This document shows positions 53,563-64,000 of a stretch of 64,000 bases of DNA, one piece after another (position 1 is the first letter of the stretch; every line of letters begins with the position of its first letter). Origin of the DNA: Camelus dromedarius. Its lineage: Eukaryota. Location: NCBI RefSeq assembly GCF_036321535.1, contig NC_087436.1, forward strand, positions 78,680,001-78,744,000, in the 5' to 3' direction. The notes beneath the pieces are model-generated. The model saw only the letters and a program-made list of their open reading frames with translations. It searched no databases and was not told the DNA's origin. Position numbers and translations under genes: made by a program.

Positions 53563-55045
53563 ATCTAGTGAGGAAAAGTGGGGATGGGGTGGCGAGCATC
53601 CTGGACACAGCAGGGGCCGAGTTGCGAGAGGCATAAAAATTCGTTTACAGTTTTCCTCCCTTCTCTCTTACTATTTCTACTTCCTTTGCCCTCTTTGCCC
53701 ACTGTCTTGGATAAATCAAGTTTGATGGTGTCTGTGAGGCATGAAAGGGGAGATGCTCAGAAGGCAGGGGACAATCCTGGGCTGGGGTGCAGGAAAACAG
53801 GCTGGACACACTTATTTGGCAGTTAGCATCCTGGTGACAGGGGAGCCTTGAAAGTGCAGGGGAGACACAACATAAGGAAAGTGTGCACAGGGCAGGAGAG
53901 GAGCGAGCAGGGAGGGAAGGGGAAGACAGCCGAGCACAGGAGAGCCCAGCAGGGCCGAGGACAGAGGGCGCAGGACAAGGGAGAGTGAGGAGGCATAATC
54001 AGCCAGATGGGAGAAGAAGCCAGATGGGAGAGAGTTTTGTTACGGAAGCCAGGCGAGGGTTTTGAGAAGAAGGGAGTGGTCAGCTATCTCAATGGCAAAA
54101 AGGTCACGCTGCGGGCTGAAGAGAGGGTTGCCAATGAGTAGATCAGCGATGGTCTTTATCAGAGAGCAGTTTCAGCAGAATCGAGGAGGTAGAAGTCTCA
54201 CTGTGTGATGTAGGATGAAAGGGAAGGGAAGATGTAGATCAAGTGATAACTACTTTCAAGAGAAGCTTGGTTGTGAAAGAAACGAAAGACATGTGGTCCT
54301 AAGTAAAAGAAGATAGAGAGAAAGGTCAAGAGAGAAGTTTGTTTTTCAAAGAATAGAGATTCGAGCATATTTTATGGCCAGTGGGAAAGAAGCGAAAGGT
54401 TGAAAACATGCAGAGAGAGGCAGGGAGTATACAGTGGCGATTCTCCAGATCCTGCAAGGGGCAGGGGACCCGGCTCAAGAGTGCAGCGAGGATTATCCAC
54501 CACATGAGGAAGGAGGTAAGTCAGGAGGGTGAAAGTCTCAGTTCGTTCATGCCTGATAATTTCCATCTCTTCTGTGAAAGTAAAAAGCAAGTGCAAAGAC
54601 ATCTCTTGAGAGAGAGAGAAAGAGAAGGCAGTGGGATATGAGGGGCCTGGAAAGGGTAATCACTTTGAGGTTTTGGGAGAGTGAGCAGACTTATAAAAAC
54701 CATCCAGCTCCACAATTCAAGGCCTAAATTAGGCTGGAGATCCTGAATTTGTCCACAGAGTTTTCTTCATCAGTGATCAACAGCCAGTATACAAAAGCAT
54801 AAAAGCTGAATGGCTGAGGGATCCAAGGCAGGGCAGCTGCCACAGAACATGAGGGAGCAAAGGTAAAGACTGAGTGACAAGTAAGGCTTTATTAACTAAG
54901 GCTGGGTAGCAGAAGGAACATTAAGATGCCCAAGGAAACGAGCAAGTTTGATAGTCTGGAGAAACTCCATTTGAGACGCCTGTGGGACATTCAGAAGAGA
55001 AGTACATAGTTAGCTTGAAAGAGAGCATAAAGTTGAAGACAGAGG

Positions 55046-55048
55046 GGT

Positions 55049-55097
<49 letters not shown>

Positions 55098-55407
55098 GTT
55101 GGAGTATAGTCAGTTTACAATGTTGTGTCAATTTCTGGAGTACAGCATAATGTTGCACTCATACATGTACATACATATATTCCTTTTCATATTCTTCTTC
55201 ATTATAGGTTACTACAAGATACTGAATATAGTTCCCTGTGCTAGACAGTATAAACTTGTTGCTTATCTATTTTATATACAGTAGTTAACATCTGCAAATC
55301 TCAAACTCTGTATTTATCCCTTCCCACCCCCTTTCCGCTCTGGTAACCCATGAGTTTGTTTTCTATGTCTGTGAGTCTGTTTATGATTTGTAAATAAGCT
55401 CATTTGT
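55046..55407 (-). mobile_element. Camelid L1 3' end whose tail has become an (AAC)n microsatellite
   Basis: Antisense L1 3'UTR with (GTT)n at about 55047-55095; TSD aagacagagg at 55036 and 55408. Confidence 0.85.
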
Positions 55408-55478
55408 AAGACAGAGGTTTTTTGAGTCAGCTGCACAGAAGTTCAAGCCAAGATTTAAGACTCAAGCCAAGGTAACCA

Positions 55479-55649
55479 ATAAGTTCCTACTATATATAGT
55501 ACAGGGAACTATACTCAAAATCTTGTAATAACCTGTAATGATAAAGAATATGAAAAAGAGTATATATATGTATAATTGATTACTATGCTGTATACCAGAA
55601 GCCAACACAACATTGTAAATCAACTATATTTCAATTTAAAAAAAGATTA
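55479..55649 (+). mobile_element. Short L1 3' end
   Basis: acagggaactatactcaaaatcttgtaataacctgtaatg...aacattgtaaatcaactat plus A tail; TSD aagccaaggtaRcca. Confidence 0.85.
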
Positions 55650-55709
55650 AAGCCAAGGTAGCCATTGCAATAACTCAGACAAACAGTGTAGAATGAGAAG
55701 TGGTGATGG

Positions 55710-56070
55710 ACAATTCATCAGGCAATCTAAGAAAGAAATGGAAAATTTTCTTCAAGCCAAATTGAGAGTTATAACCCGGGAAAGTTCTGAGAATTGTTCT
55801 GCCCATTAGAAATCAAAACACAGTTATACACAAAGGTTTTTGTGACAGAGGACTGTGCATTAAATGACATATTATTGACAGTTTATACAATTCAGATCTA
55901 AGCGTCATCATGATCCCTTACAAGATCAAGAAGGAATGTTATCTTTAAGGGGTCATCTTGTTGATGCCAGGAGAAAGTTGCTCTTTATGGGGAAGGACAT
56001 ATTTCTGCTGGTGGGCGAGGCTTGGTTGATGCACCGTGCAGATACACAATGCACAGAAGAAAGGATGGAG
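55710..56070 (-). mobile_element. ERV1-like LTR
   Basis: Minus strand shows a TATA-like tataac, then R/U5-like text (agaactttcccgggttataactctcaatttggcttgaa). Confidence 0.4.
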
Positions 56071-56783
56071 CCAGGGAGAACACTCATTTTTAGGGGGCAA
56101 TGGAGGAAGGGAGGCTGAAAAAGTGGTCATAGAGGTTGAGCAAAAGGAGGAAAGAATATTGTCAAGAAAGAGATGGTCAACAACATCAAATGTTCTGAGA
56201 GCTCAACAAAGACCAGAAGCAAGATGAGATCACTGGATCTGGCAATTCAGAGATCACTGGTGACCCTGGCATAAATGGTGCTCGTAAAGTATCAGTCAGA
56301 AGCTAGAGTACAACTGGGTTGAGAAAGAGATGGGGATACTCTTTCAAGAACTTTGGCTGTAAACAAGCAGATGGAGCAACAGTTCAAAGAAGAGTCAGGA
56401 TCAAAGAAAGATCTTCACAACGGTTTATACAGGCTGATAAGAAAAAGCCAGTGGAGAACCAGTAAAAGAGTATGAACATGACAATGAGATAACAAGTTTG
56501 CTCAACAAGTCAGTAAAATCTGAATAAAGATGAAAGTACTTAGTGCGGGCAATAATGTATACGACATAATCTTTCAGGATTTGTCAAATGCTATATGCAG
56601 GAAAATGCTGCCCAGGCTATGCTCAGGGATAAATTGATGACCTTAAATATTTTCATTATAATAAATAAAGGAAGGAAGGAAGAATAAAAGAAGCATTCTC
56701 TTCATGAATTGAGAAAAAAAAAGACAAATATAAGGAAATTAAGAAGGAGGAAATAATAAAGTTAAGAGCAACAATCAATGAAT

Positions 56784-56900
56784 TTTTTATTTTTCAGTTT
56801 TATTTAAAAAAAATTTTTTAGAGCAAGTACCGAGGACTGAACCTAGGACCGTGTGCATGCTAAGCATGTGCTCTACCACTTGAGTTATACCCTCCCCCCT
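56784..56900 (-). mobile_element. Camelid tRNA-Ala-derived SINE inside an old L1 ORF2 remnant
   Basis: gaggactgaacctaggaccgtgtgcatgctaagcatgtgctctaccacttgagttataccctcccc; TSD tcaatga. Confidence 0.88.
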
Positions 56901-57054
56901 CAATGATTTTTTTAAAAAAGCAAATTAACAGAAATCCAAGAACTAGTTCTTAAACCACTACCACCACCTCCACTGCAGAAAACTTGATAAATCAAAGACC
57001 ATAAAACTAGGCAAAAATACTGTTAGAAAGTAGCTACAATATGTGTTTATACTG

Positions 57055-57568
57055 ATTGGAGTTGCTAACTAAAGAATTTTTGCTCGCCATCTGACTCCAC
57101 GAGGATGAGGTGATCAACCACTGCAGCCGCTGACCTTCAACGCAGCCTGAATGGAATTCAGGGTGGAAATCAGGAATGAGGCCCACTGTGCTCCAGGAAA
57201 AGACAGCAGAACAGGCCTTTGGATAGTTAGAGTTTCAAGAGAAAATTTTATGAACCTAAATTCTTTCATCTTCTCATACTTTCATGCTTTCTCATAGAAA
57301 AGCACTAAAATCATTAACGGAAACATCTGCTCCTCGTGACCAGCAGCACCCTTCTACCCAGATGTGTGCATGAGTGCATGTATCTCCCCCCTCCACCCCT
57401 GGCACTAAAATCACATATATAATGACTTCCCCCACCCCTGCCTCTTTGGAGCAGCTCCTCAGAGCTATCTAAGAGGCTGTCTTCCAGGCAAGAGCCTCAG
57501 TAAGCCCCAAATAAAACTGAATTCACTGCTCTCATGTTGTGCATTGTTTTTTTTTTTTTCAGTCAACA
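57055..57568 (+). mobile_element. ERV1-type solo LTR
   Basis: TATA (catatataat), R region with cccaaataaaac, ends ttcagtcaaca. Confidence 0.7.
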
Positions 57569-59369
57569 GTATGTGTGTGTGCGTGTGTGTGTGTGTGTTT
57601 GTATATAAAACATGCATATAGTTTTATACACACACACACATAAAACAAATAGTTGTCACTTGTTGGGAGGAGTGAGAATTAGGCAGATGGAGGAAAAGAT
57701 AGGAAAGCTACACTTCACTATATAACAATAATTTTTGATATCTGAATCATAAGAATTCAAAAATAATTAAAAAGAAAGTTCTAGAAAATGCAGGAAAAAA
57801 TTTAAATCATAAGAGAATATTATAAGCAATTGAATGCTAATACATTTGAAAATCTCAATGAAATAGACTATATTCTGGAAAAATACAAATTTCCAAAATT
57901 GAATCTAAATGTAGGCAATCCACATGGCTCAAATTCAGGAAGACATCAGCACTGGATAGAAATTCAGACTTTTGTTGAATGAATGAATGATTTCTTTAGC
58001 TTTACTAATGTGCCATTTCTGTAGGGAAAAAGTTGTGTTCAGTGGAAAACTGTACCATGTAGAGGACAGCCCTCAGTTCATCTGATTCTATGAAGTTATT
58101 TTACAGTTGTAAATTATAGGTAACTAAGAGCAACGCAAAATAATTCTCATCTATAGACATGCAAATTCTGTTCAACTGATTCTCCCTTCCCTGTGAAAAC
58201 AGCACTTCTGTTTTCATGTGCACACTTATTCACTCATTTCAATATTACTTATCTATATTCAGTACTGTTGATCTGTAAATGTGTCCATTTTAAAAATTCT
58301 CTTTGAACTCGTTACAACATCTGCCTGGGTCCCTCAACTGACTAGTGAGTGCAATGAGGTCTGTAAACACATTCACTTTTATATTTGTGTGAGTCATGAA
58401 TTTAACTTTTTTCTGGATATTATCCTTTAACAGTTTCCAATTTTTAAGGAAAAGCTAATTTTAAAGCTAAATATGCTAGAACATCAAAAATATGAGAAGC
58501 TACCCAAAGTTTTTTGAAAATAGGTTATTTCTGACACTAGACACTGAAAAGCATTATCTCCAAAAAAAGAAAACTGAATAAAAATAAAAGATATCAACTC
58601 ATAATTTTTAACTGATGAAATTTTATACCTCCTTAAGAAAAATGATAAATTCTTGATTTTTTTCCACACAGCCACAGTTTATGCTCTTAAACAAATAAAC
58701 AAACAAACAAAAACAAGACAATAATCACTGCTGTCCTTGGATCTTGAGGGTGAGTCTCCTAAGTGGGATCAGAAAGATCTCTTTGACTCCATCTTCTCAA
58801 CACATGGATTGACCATCAGAGAACCTCCCCCCCAAATGTCATTAAGTACTTTGATAATTTCCTTAAGTGGCCATAGTTTAAGGAGTATGTAGCCACATTT
58901 GTAAAAACAAACAAGTGAGACGTCAAGTCCAAAGCACATTCAGTCTGTCAATAAATCAGAAAACCACAGAAATGTTTTCTGACCTATTAAAGAATGTGAA
59001 TCAGGGAAAAAAAAAGTTACCTATCAGCATGGGTTTTAGTATCAACAAATCTGGTTTGTTTTGGAAGTGGTTACCACCTAGAAATTTCCCTTTACTGAAT
59101 TTAGTTATATAATCAAAACTGAAGTCGATACTTTACCCCAAATCTCCTTGAAAACCTTGATTTTGACAACTGCAGTTCTGCCAGGCAAGCTACTTTTTAG
59201 AACTAAAATTCTCACAGTTGGTGAGAGATTACTATTGTAGGCAACAAAATTCAGAGTGCATGAAAAGAATAAACTACAATTAGGTATAAGTATTATTTCA
59301 GAAGGGTAAGGATGGGTTAGGAATTGTATTAACATGCATTTTTAAAAAAAGGAAACCAATATTTTCACC

Positions 59370-59937
59370 TATAGACACTGAAAAGGCACTGTGTGAGATC
59401 TGAGGATATCAGGGTAAGTCACTCCAAATTCGCCTCTTTGACATGGAACTATTTTGCAGTAAAGGCGTTGGAGTTCCTGAAATCCTTCATTCGCCTTAAG
59501 AAGAGCTTCCCAAAAGAACTCAACTGTTATAAATCCCCTCCCCAGGACCAACTCTAATCTTCTCTTTGCACAGAAGAAAAGTCAGACAGACATTGTCACA
59601 CCACCTGTTCTCCCAAGGAAGGGCTCGTTTATCTTTCCAAAGAGTCATTCACTTTCCCCTAAGTTTCCCTTCTCCTCCTCCTCTGGGAACTTATGAATAT
59701 ATCTCAAATTCTTTTTTAAAATTGAGGTATAATTGACATACTACATTATATTGGACCCCAAATTCTAACCACCATTTTGAATTACTCATCTCTGGGGGTT
59801 TCCATGTGTAAGCAGATGCACATGCTAATAAACTTACTTGTTTTCTCCTAGTCATGTGTCTTTTGTTAGTCCAATTTATAGAGCCCCAGCGGGCAAATCT
59901 AGGAGGGAAGAAGGAAAAAGAATTTTTCCTCCCTACA
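59370..59937 (+). mobile_element. ERV1 LTR (MER34/MER39-like)
   Basis: ctaataaacttacttgttttctcc...gtcttttgttagtccaatttatagagcccc...tttttcctccctaca. Confidence 0.65.
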
Positions 59938-59959
59938 AATTCTGCACCCATTCCTTATT

Positions 59960-60066
59960 AGAAAGAGAGAAAGAGAGAAAGAGAGGAAGAGAGAAAGAAA
60001 GAAAGAAAGAGAGAAAGAAAGAAAGAGAGAAAGAAAGAAAGAGAGAAAGAAAGAAAGAAAGAAAAA

Positions 60067-60157
<91 letters not shown>

Positions 60158-60246
60158 GAAGAAAGAAAGAAAGAAAGGAAGGAAGGAAGGAAGGAAAGCA
60201 GTCAAGTAGGCAGGCAGGCAGGCAGGCAGGCAGGCAAGCAAGCAAG
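59960..60246 (+). repeat. Compound microsatellite (GAAA)n(GGAA)n(GGCA)n(GCAA)n
   Basis: Directly visible in the sequence. Confidence 0.98.
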
Positions 60247-60313
60247 CTTAAGAAGGCTAGGAATAGAAGGAACATAATTTTTTTTTAAAGGTCTATCTAA
60301 AAGCAACAGCCAG

Positions 60314-60437
60314 AGTGGAGGGTATAGTTCAGTGGTAGAGTGAGCACTTAGCGTGCAGGAGGTCCTGGGTTCAATCCCCAGTACCGCCATTAAAAAATAA
60401 ATAAATAAACCTAATTACCTAACCCCTCCCCAATAAA
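60314..60437 (+). mobile_element. Camelid tRNA-Ala-derived SINE
   Basis: gagggtatagttcagtggtagag...ggtcctgggttcaatccccagtaccgccattaaaa; TSD aaagcaaYagccaga. Confidence 0.9.
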
Positions 60438-61433
60438 AGCAATAGCCAGAACCATTCTTAACCATGAAACCATGACAGAGACATTCCCTTTAAAACAGGA
60501 ATAAATTACAGGTGAATTTTATGAATGTTTATTTAGCAATGTTCTAGAAGCTCTGGACAATGCAGTGACACATAAAAGGTTACAGTAAATATAATGTTGT
60601 AAAGGAGGAGGCAAAAATCAAGTGTTCCCATGTGCTGGGCTGATTTGCCAATCTTGCCCTAGCTTCATCCTTACAAAAGGTTTAACTGAAAAACTATTAG
60701 ATTTAATAAGTGAACTCAGCAAAGTGACTGGATAAAAGCAAACATCTAAAAATCAATAGCTTTCCTGGGTACTAGCAATAACAATTACAAGATATAATAG
60801 GAAAAAAAATCCATTCACAATAGGCAAGATGTACCATATGGGGGGAAAACTTTGCTAAAAGATTAAAAAAAGACCTAAATAAACAGATAGTAAAAAGTTG
60901 TCAATTCTGCCCAAATTACTCACACCAGTATATCTTTAAATGAGGTCTAAGGATTACTGCCTTAAAATCCCTCAGATGTTTATTACATTTCAGATTCCTG
61001 GGCTGAGCCCAGACTGAACAGAATCATAACAGCAGGGAGGTAGATTTTTCCAGTAAATTTTCTTCTTACCAAGCTTCCCAAGTGGTTCTAATACACATTA
61101 AAGTTTAGCGATCACAGCTTTATGTAGGCTTCATTAAACTTAGTAAGATTCCAACTTCATTTGGAATGAGAGCCAAGAAAGGGGCTGCCCTAACATATGT
61201 TAAAGTATATCATAAACTTAAAGTATAGACTTAAGGAACATCGTAAACTTCAGTAATAAAAATAATGTGGCCTTTTGCAAAAAATATCAAAGGAATCAAC
61301 TGAACAGAGTAGTCCCAAGACAAATCCCTACATTAAGTTACAGAAGTCAAATTGTTTCTGTGTTAATTATTACATCACCAGAAAACTGCTGCATCTTTTT
61401 TTCACCCAATTTGGAGCTTTGTTTGGCAGGATC

Positions 61434-61947
61434 TGATGCTACATGCAACAGAAGCAGTTTGGTTGGGGAGGTTACAGGTACGTGCGTTGTAAGGAATTAA
61501 CTGTCACTAAGAGTGAGTTCTTGTTAGTGATCAGTCCGGTGTGGACCTGGTGTAACAGCCCCAGGAGGGGTATGAAAGTGAGAGACTGATTTCACCCACA
61601 GGTCCTGGAAGGGGGAGGCACGGCAGGGGACCACATGGGAGGAATAGCCAGTGAGTGGCTTCTTTCAGGCAGGGTGGGGTGCAGAGAGAGGGAGAGAGAA
61701 AAAAGAATTCATAGGCAAGTGCCTTTACTGGGGGACGGGGGTGTGCACAAGCAAAAGACATGAGGGGATTTCAGTGGTGCTTTTGAATGTCACTAGCTCA
61801 CATCAGAGGAGGGCAAGAAGGGAAACTTGTGGTAAGAACCAATGAGGATCACAGGATAACTTGGTCACCTGGGCAGGGTGCACACAGCCTGTTCATGGGG
61901 ATACTGAGGCAGTAGGAAAATATGAAGCTTTAAAAATGTATAATACA
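61434..61947 (-). mobile_element. 3' LTR of a minus-strand ERVL-like provirus (MER76-like)
   Basis: Minus strand begins TGTATTATACATTTTTAAAGCTTCATATTTTCC after a PPT-like cagggccgaa and ends ...gtagcatCA. Confidence 0.55.
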
Positions 61948-61971
61948 TTCGGCCCTGTATCATCAACATCA

Positions 61972-62266
61972 TCATCACACTAAGTGAAGTCAGTCAGACA
62001 GAGAAAGACAGCATCACATGCTATCACTTACTTGTGGGATCTAAAAAAAAAAAAGAGACAAATGAATTTATTTACAGAACAGAAACAGACTCAGACATAA
62101 AAAACAAACTTCTGGCTACCAAAGAGGAAAGGGTATGGAAAGAGAAATTAAGAGTTTGGGATTTGCAGATACAGACTACTATATATAAAACAGATAAACA
62201 ACAAGGTCCTACTGTTTAGGACAGGGAATTACACTCAGTATCTTGTAATAGCCTGTAATGAAAAAG

Positions 62267-62314
<48 letters not shown>

Positions 62315-62389
62315 TAACTGAATCACTACACTGTACACCAGAAACTAACACAACATTGTAAATCAACTATACTTCAATGGAAAAAAAAA
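61972..62389 (+). mobile_element. Camelid L1 3' end containing a (GATA)n microsatellite (62267-62314)
   Basis: ctaagtgaagtcagtcagacagagaaagac...aactatacttcaat plus A tail; inserted into the ERV 3' region. Confidence 0.88.
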
Positions 62390-62399
62390 CTAAGTGGAT

Positions 62400-64000
62400 T
62401 GGACGACACGTGCCCACAACTTGGGTTGTGGAGATGTTAAAGGTGAGTAGGACAGCTTGCCTTGGCTGTGGAAGGTAAACTTTGATACAGGTAACAAGTA
62501 GGAAGAGTTAGTTAGCAATCAGGCATATGACAAGAGTCTGGAACCCAGTCCCACAACCAGGCACCCCACTCTGTGGGCAACAGGCCAAGCATCTCCAATT
62601 TTAACAGAATCTGTTGAAAGATGTCAGCTATGTTATGAGAGATCTGTACCTCTTGGCCCATTCCTCATAGTCTGGCTTGTACCTGCCGAGACTTAGTAAT
62701 GTCATACAGCAGGAGGTACCCTGCGTGATGAGAAAACAGCTATTCTAATTTGGTGTCCAGGCATTTTACATTATACTTTATATACCAGGCATTTTAAAGT
62801 ATAACCCTGCTCACACTCAGAGTCTGGACATTCACATAAGGACCTGAACTTAGGATTCCCACCCCAAGCTCCTGCTTTTGCTTTTCCTGGTGCACCTTTA
62901 AATATAACCACTTAGAGCTGAGCCCCTGAAAAGTTAGTGACCTCCACTCCAACCACCTCATAGGGAACAGATGTTTGCTACGCTGCTCTCTGCCCCTGCT
63001 CCCTCCTGACGGAGGGCTGCCCTTTTCCCAGCTCACTGCGCTCCTCCCCACCAACCCATTTCTGGGATCTGTAAGTAGCAAATCTTGTAACTTTACTTTC
63101 TTTGTGTGAGTGTGTTGAAATTGTGTCTTTAAACAAAGGGACCCAGTTTTCACTTCACCAAAGTGGGAGCTCAGATGCCTAGGGAGCCACTGGTGTGGGT
63201 GGCTTGTGCCTTCTCATCCAGCAGGTCACAATCCGCATGTTCTTAATTGAACACACCTGCTCCAGGGCGGAGGGGAAGGAACACACCCTGAATGGCACAA
63301 CCCCCTCCCTCCCTGGCTAGTAAGTAGTCAAGGGCCACCATGTGGGCTAGAGACTCATGGGTTTGGTGCTTAAAGGACAATGTTTTGTGCAGGCTTTGAA
63401 GGTGCTGGCTGGCAGTTAAGATTTGATTTTGTTTGAGAAAGACCACTAGACTGGTGCCAATGCTGGCTGCTCCTGAGACTGTCTTATTACGATAGGAATA
63501 AATACTGTCTGATTTGTCTGGTGTCCTTGGGTTGAGGGAAGTGGGAAGCACCTGGTGGATAAAGAACTGGGAAACCCCAGTGTAACCACTGTGTAGGGTT
63601 TCATTAGAGAAATCGTAGGGGAGCCAACAAGGAAAAATATATAAGATGTTGTACCTATGAGTCTGGGTCACAATAGGACCTGAAGGTGCCATCATTCCGA
63701 GCACAGTGTACTGGTGAGAATGAGGTGCTGTGTGTAACCAAGGCAGAAGAATGGTTGTGGTGGTCATGGTTGGAGACAAAAGGCAAGAGACAGTGGCAGC
63801 AAGCTGGGTGGGGGTGGTGATGGGGATAAGAAAAAGCATCAGGGAGTGGGTAGTCCTCTTCCCAGGGAGTCAAGAGGTTGGCTGACATGAGGCAGGTGCT
63901 TTCTGGAGAAAGCAATAATCTCCATTCATTTTAGTAACCTCTGATTTCCCTTTAGGCACGGAAGTATAGAGTGTACATTTCAGCAGAGAGTAAGGCGTAT
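62400..64000 (-). pseudogene. Decayed endogenous retroviral env (SU C-terminus and TM), split by a nested LTR
   Basis: ORF 63243-63839 contains ESLAHMV-ALDYLLAREGGGCA, an immunosuppressive-domain remnant. A Trp-rich membrane-proximal segment and hydrophobic anchor (LPTEWGAWLW.GFQTLVICLIAN*LFLLVTCIK) lie at about 62480-62590. Confidence 0.8.
62612..63228 (+). mobile_element. Solo ERVL-type LTR (MER74/LTR53-like) inserted antisense into env
   Basis: TG...CA ends, TATA-like tttaaatataa near 62897, gggatctgtaagtagcaaatc poly(A)-signal region, imperfect 5-bp TSD gaatc/caatc. Confidence 0.55.

Noticed and set aside
59838..60275. Lys/Glu/Arg-rich and Phe/Leu/Ser-rich ORFs
   Set aside because: Translations of the (GAAA)n microsatellite.
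60314..60390. Apparent tRNA-Ala(AGC) genes (also at 10800-10990, 13099, 39650, 48558, 51950, 56825)
   Set aside because: All have disrupted stems, A-rich tails and often TSDs; they are tRNA-derived SINE copies.
63243..63839. 198-aa ORF as a domesticated syncytin-like env gene
   Set aside because: The furin site is decayed and out of frame, the ISD core is deleted, CX6CC is lost, and the anchor is separated by an LTR and contains a stop.

Overview
Mammalian genomic DNA, almost certainly camelid (camel/alpaca lineage): it carries eight or more copies of a short tRNA-Ala-derived SINE of the camelid vic-1 type and young L1 3' ends. Two genes converge. The last coding exon and 3'UTR of ENOPH1 lie on + (CDS 2794-2933, AATAAA at 3883). 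The complete coding sequence of TMEM150C/tentonin-3 lies on - in seven coding exons (33230 to 19165; 750 nt, 249 aa); its first exon probably lies further right. The last TMEM150C intron is a clear GT-AG U12-type (minor spliceosome) intron. Most of the rest is interspersed repeats (L1, L2, MIR, MaLR/ERVL and ERV1 LTRs, hAT and Tigger DNA transposons, microsatellites). The right end holds a decayed minus-strand ERV with env remnants, split by a nested opposite-strand LTR and an L1 tail. I do not see a wholly new biological system. The best leads are the U12 intron and its flanking duplication and cryptic donors, the env-bearing ERVL-like provirus, a convergent CTCF motif pair, candidate upstream TMEM150C exons, and several unusual retrotransposition junctions. 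Repeat family names come from my recognition of the sequences, not from database searches, and repeat boundaries are approximate.
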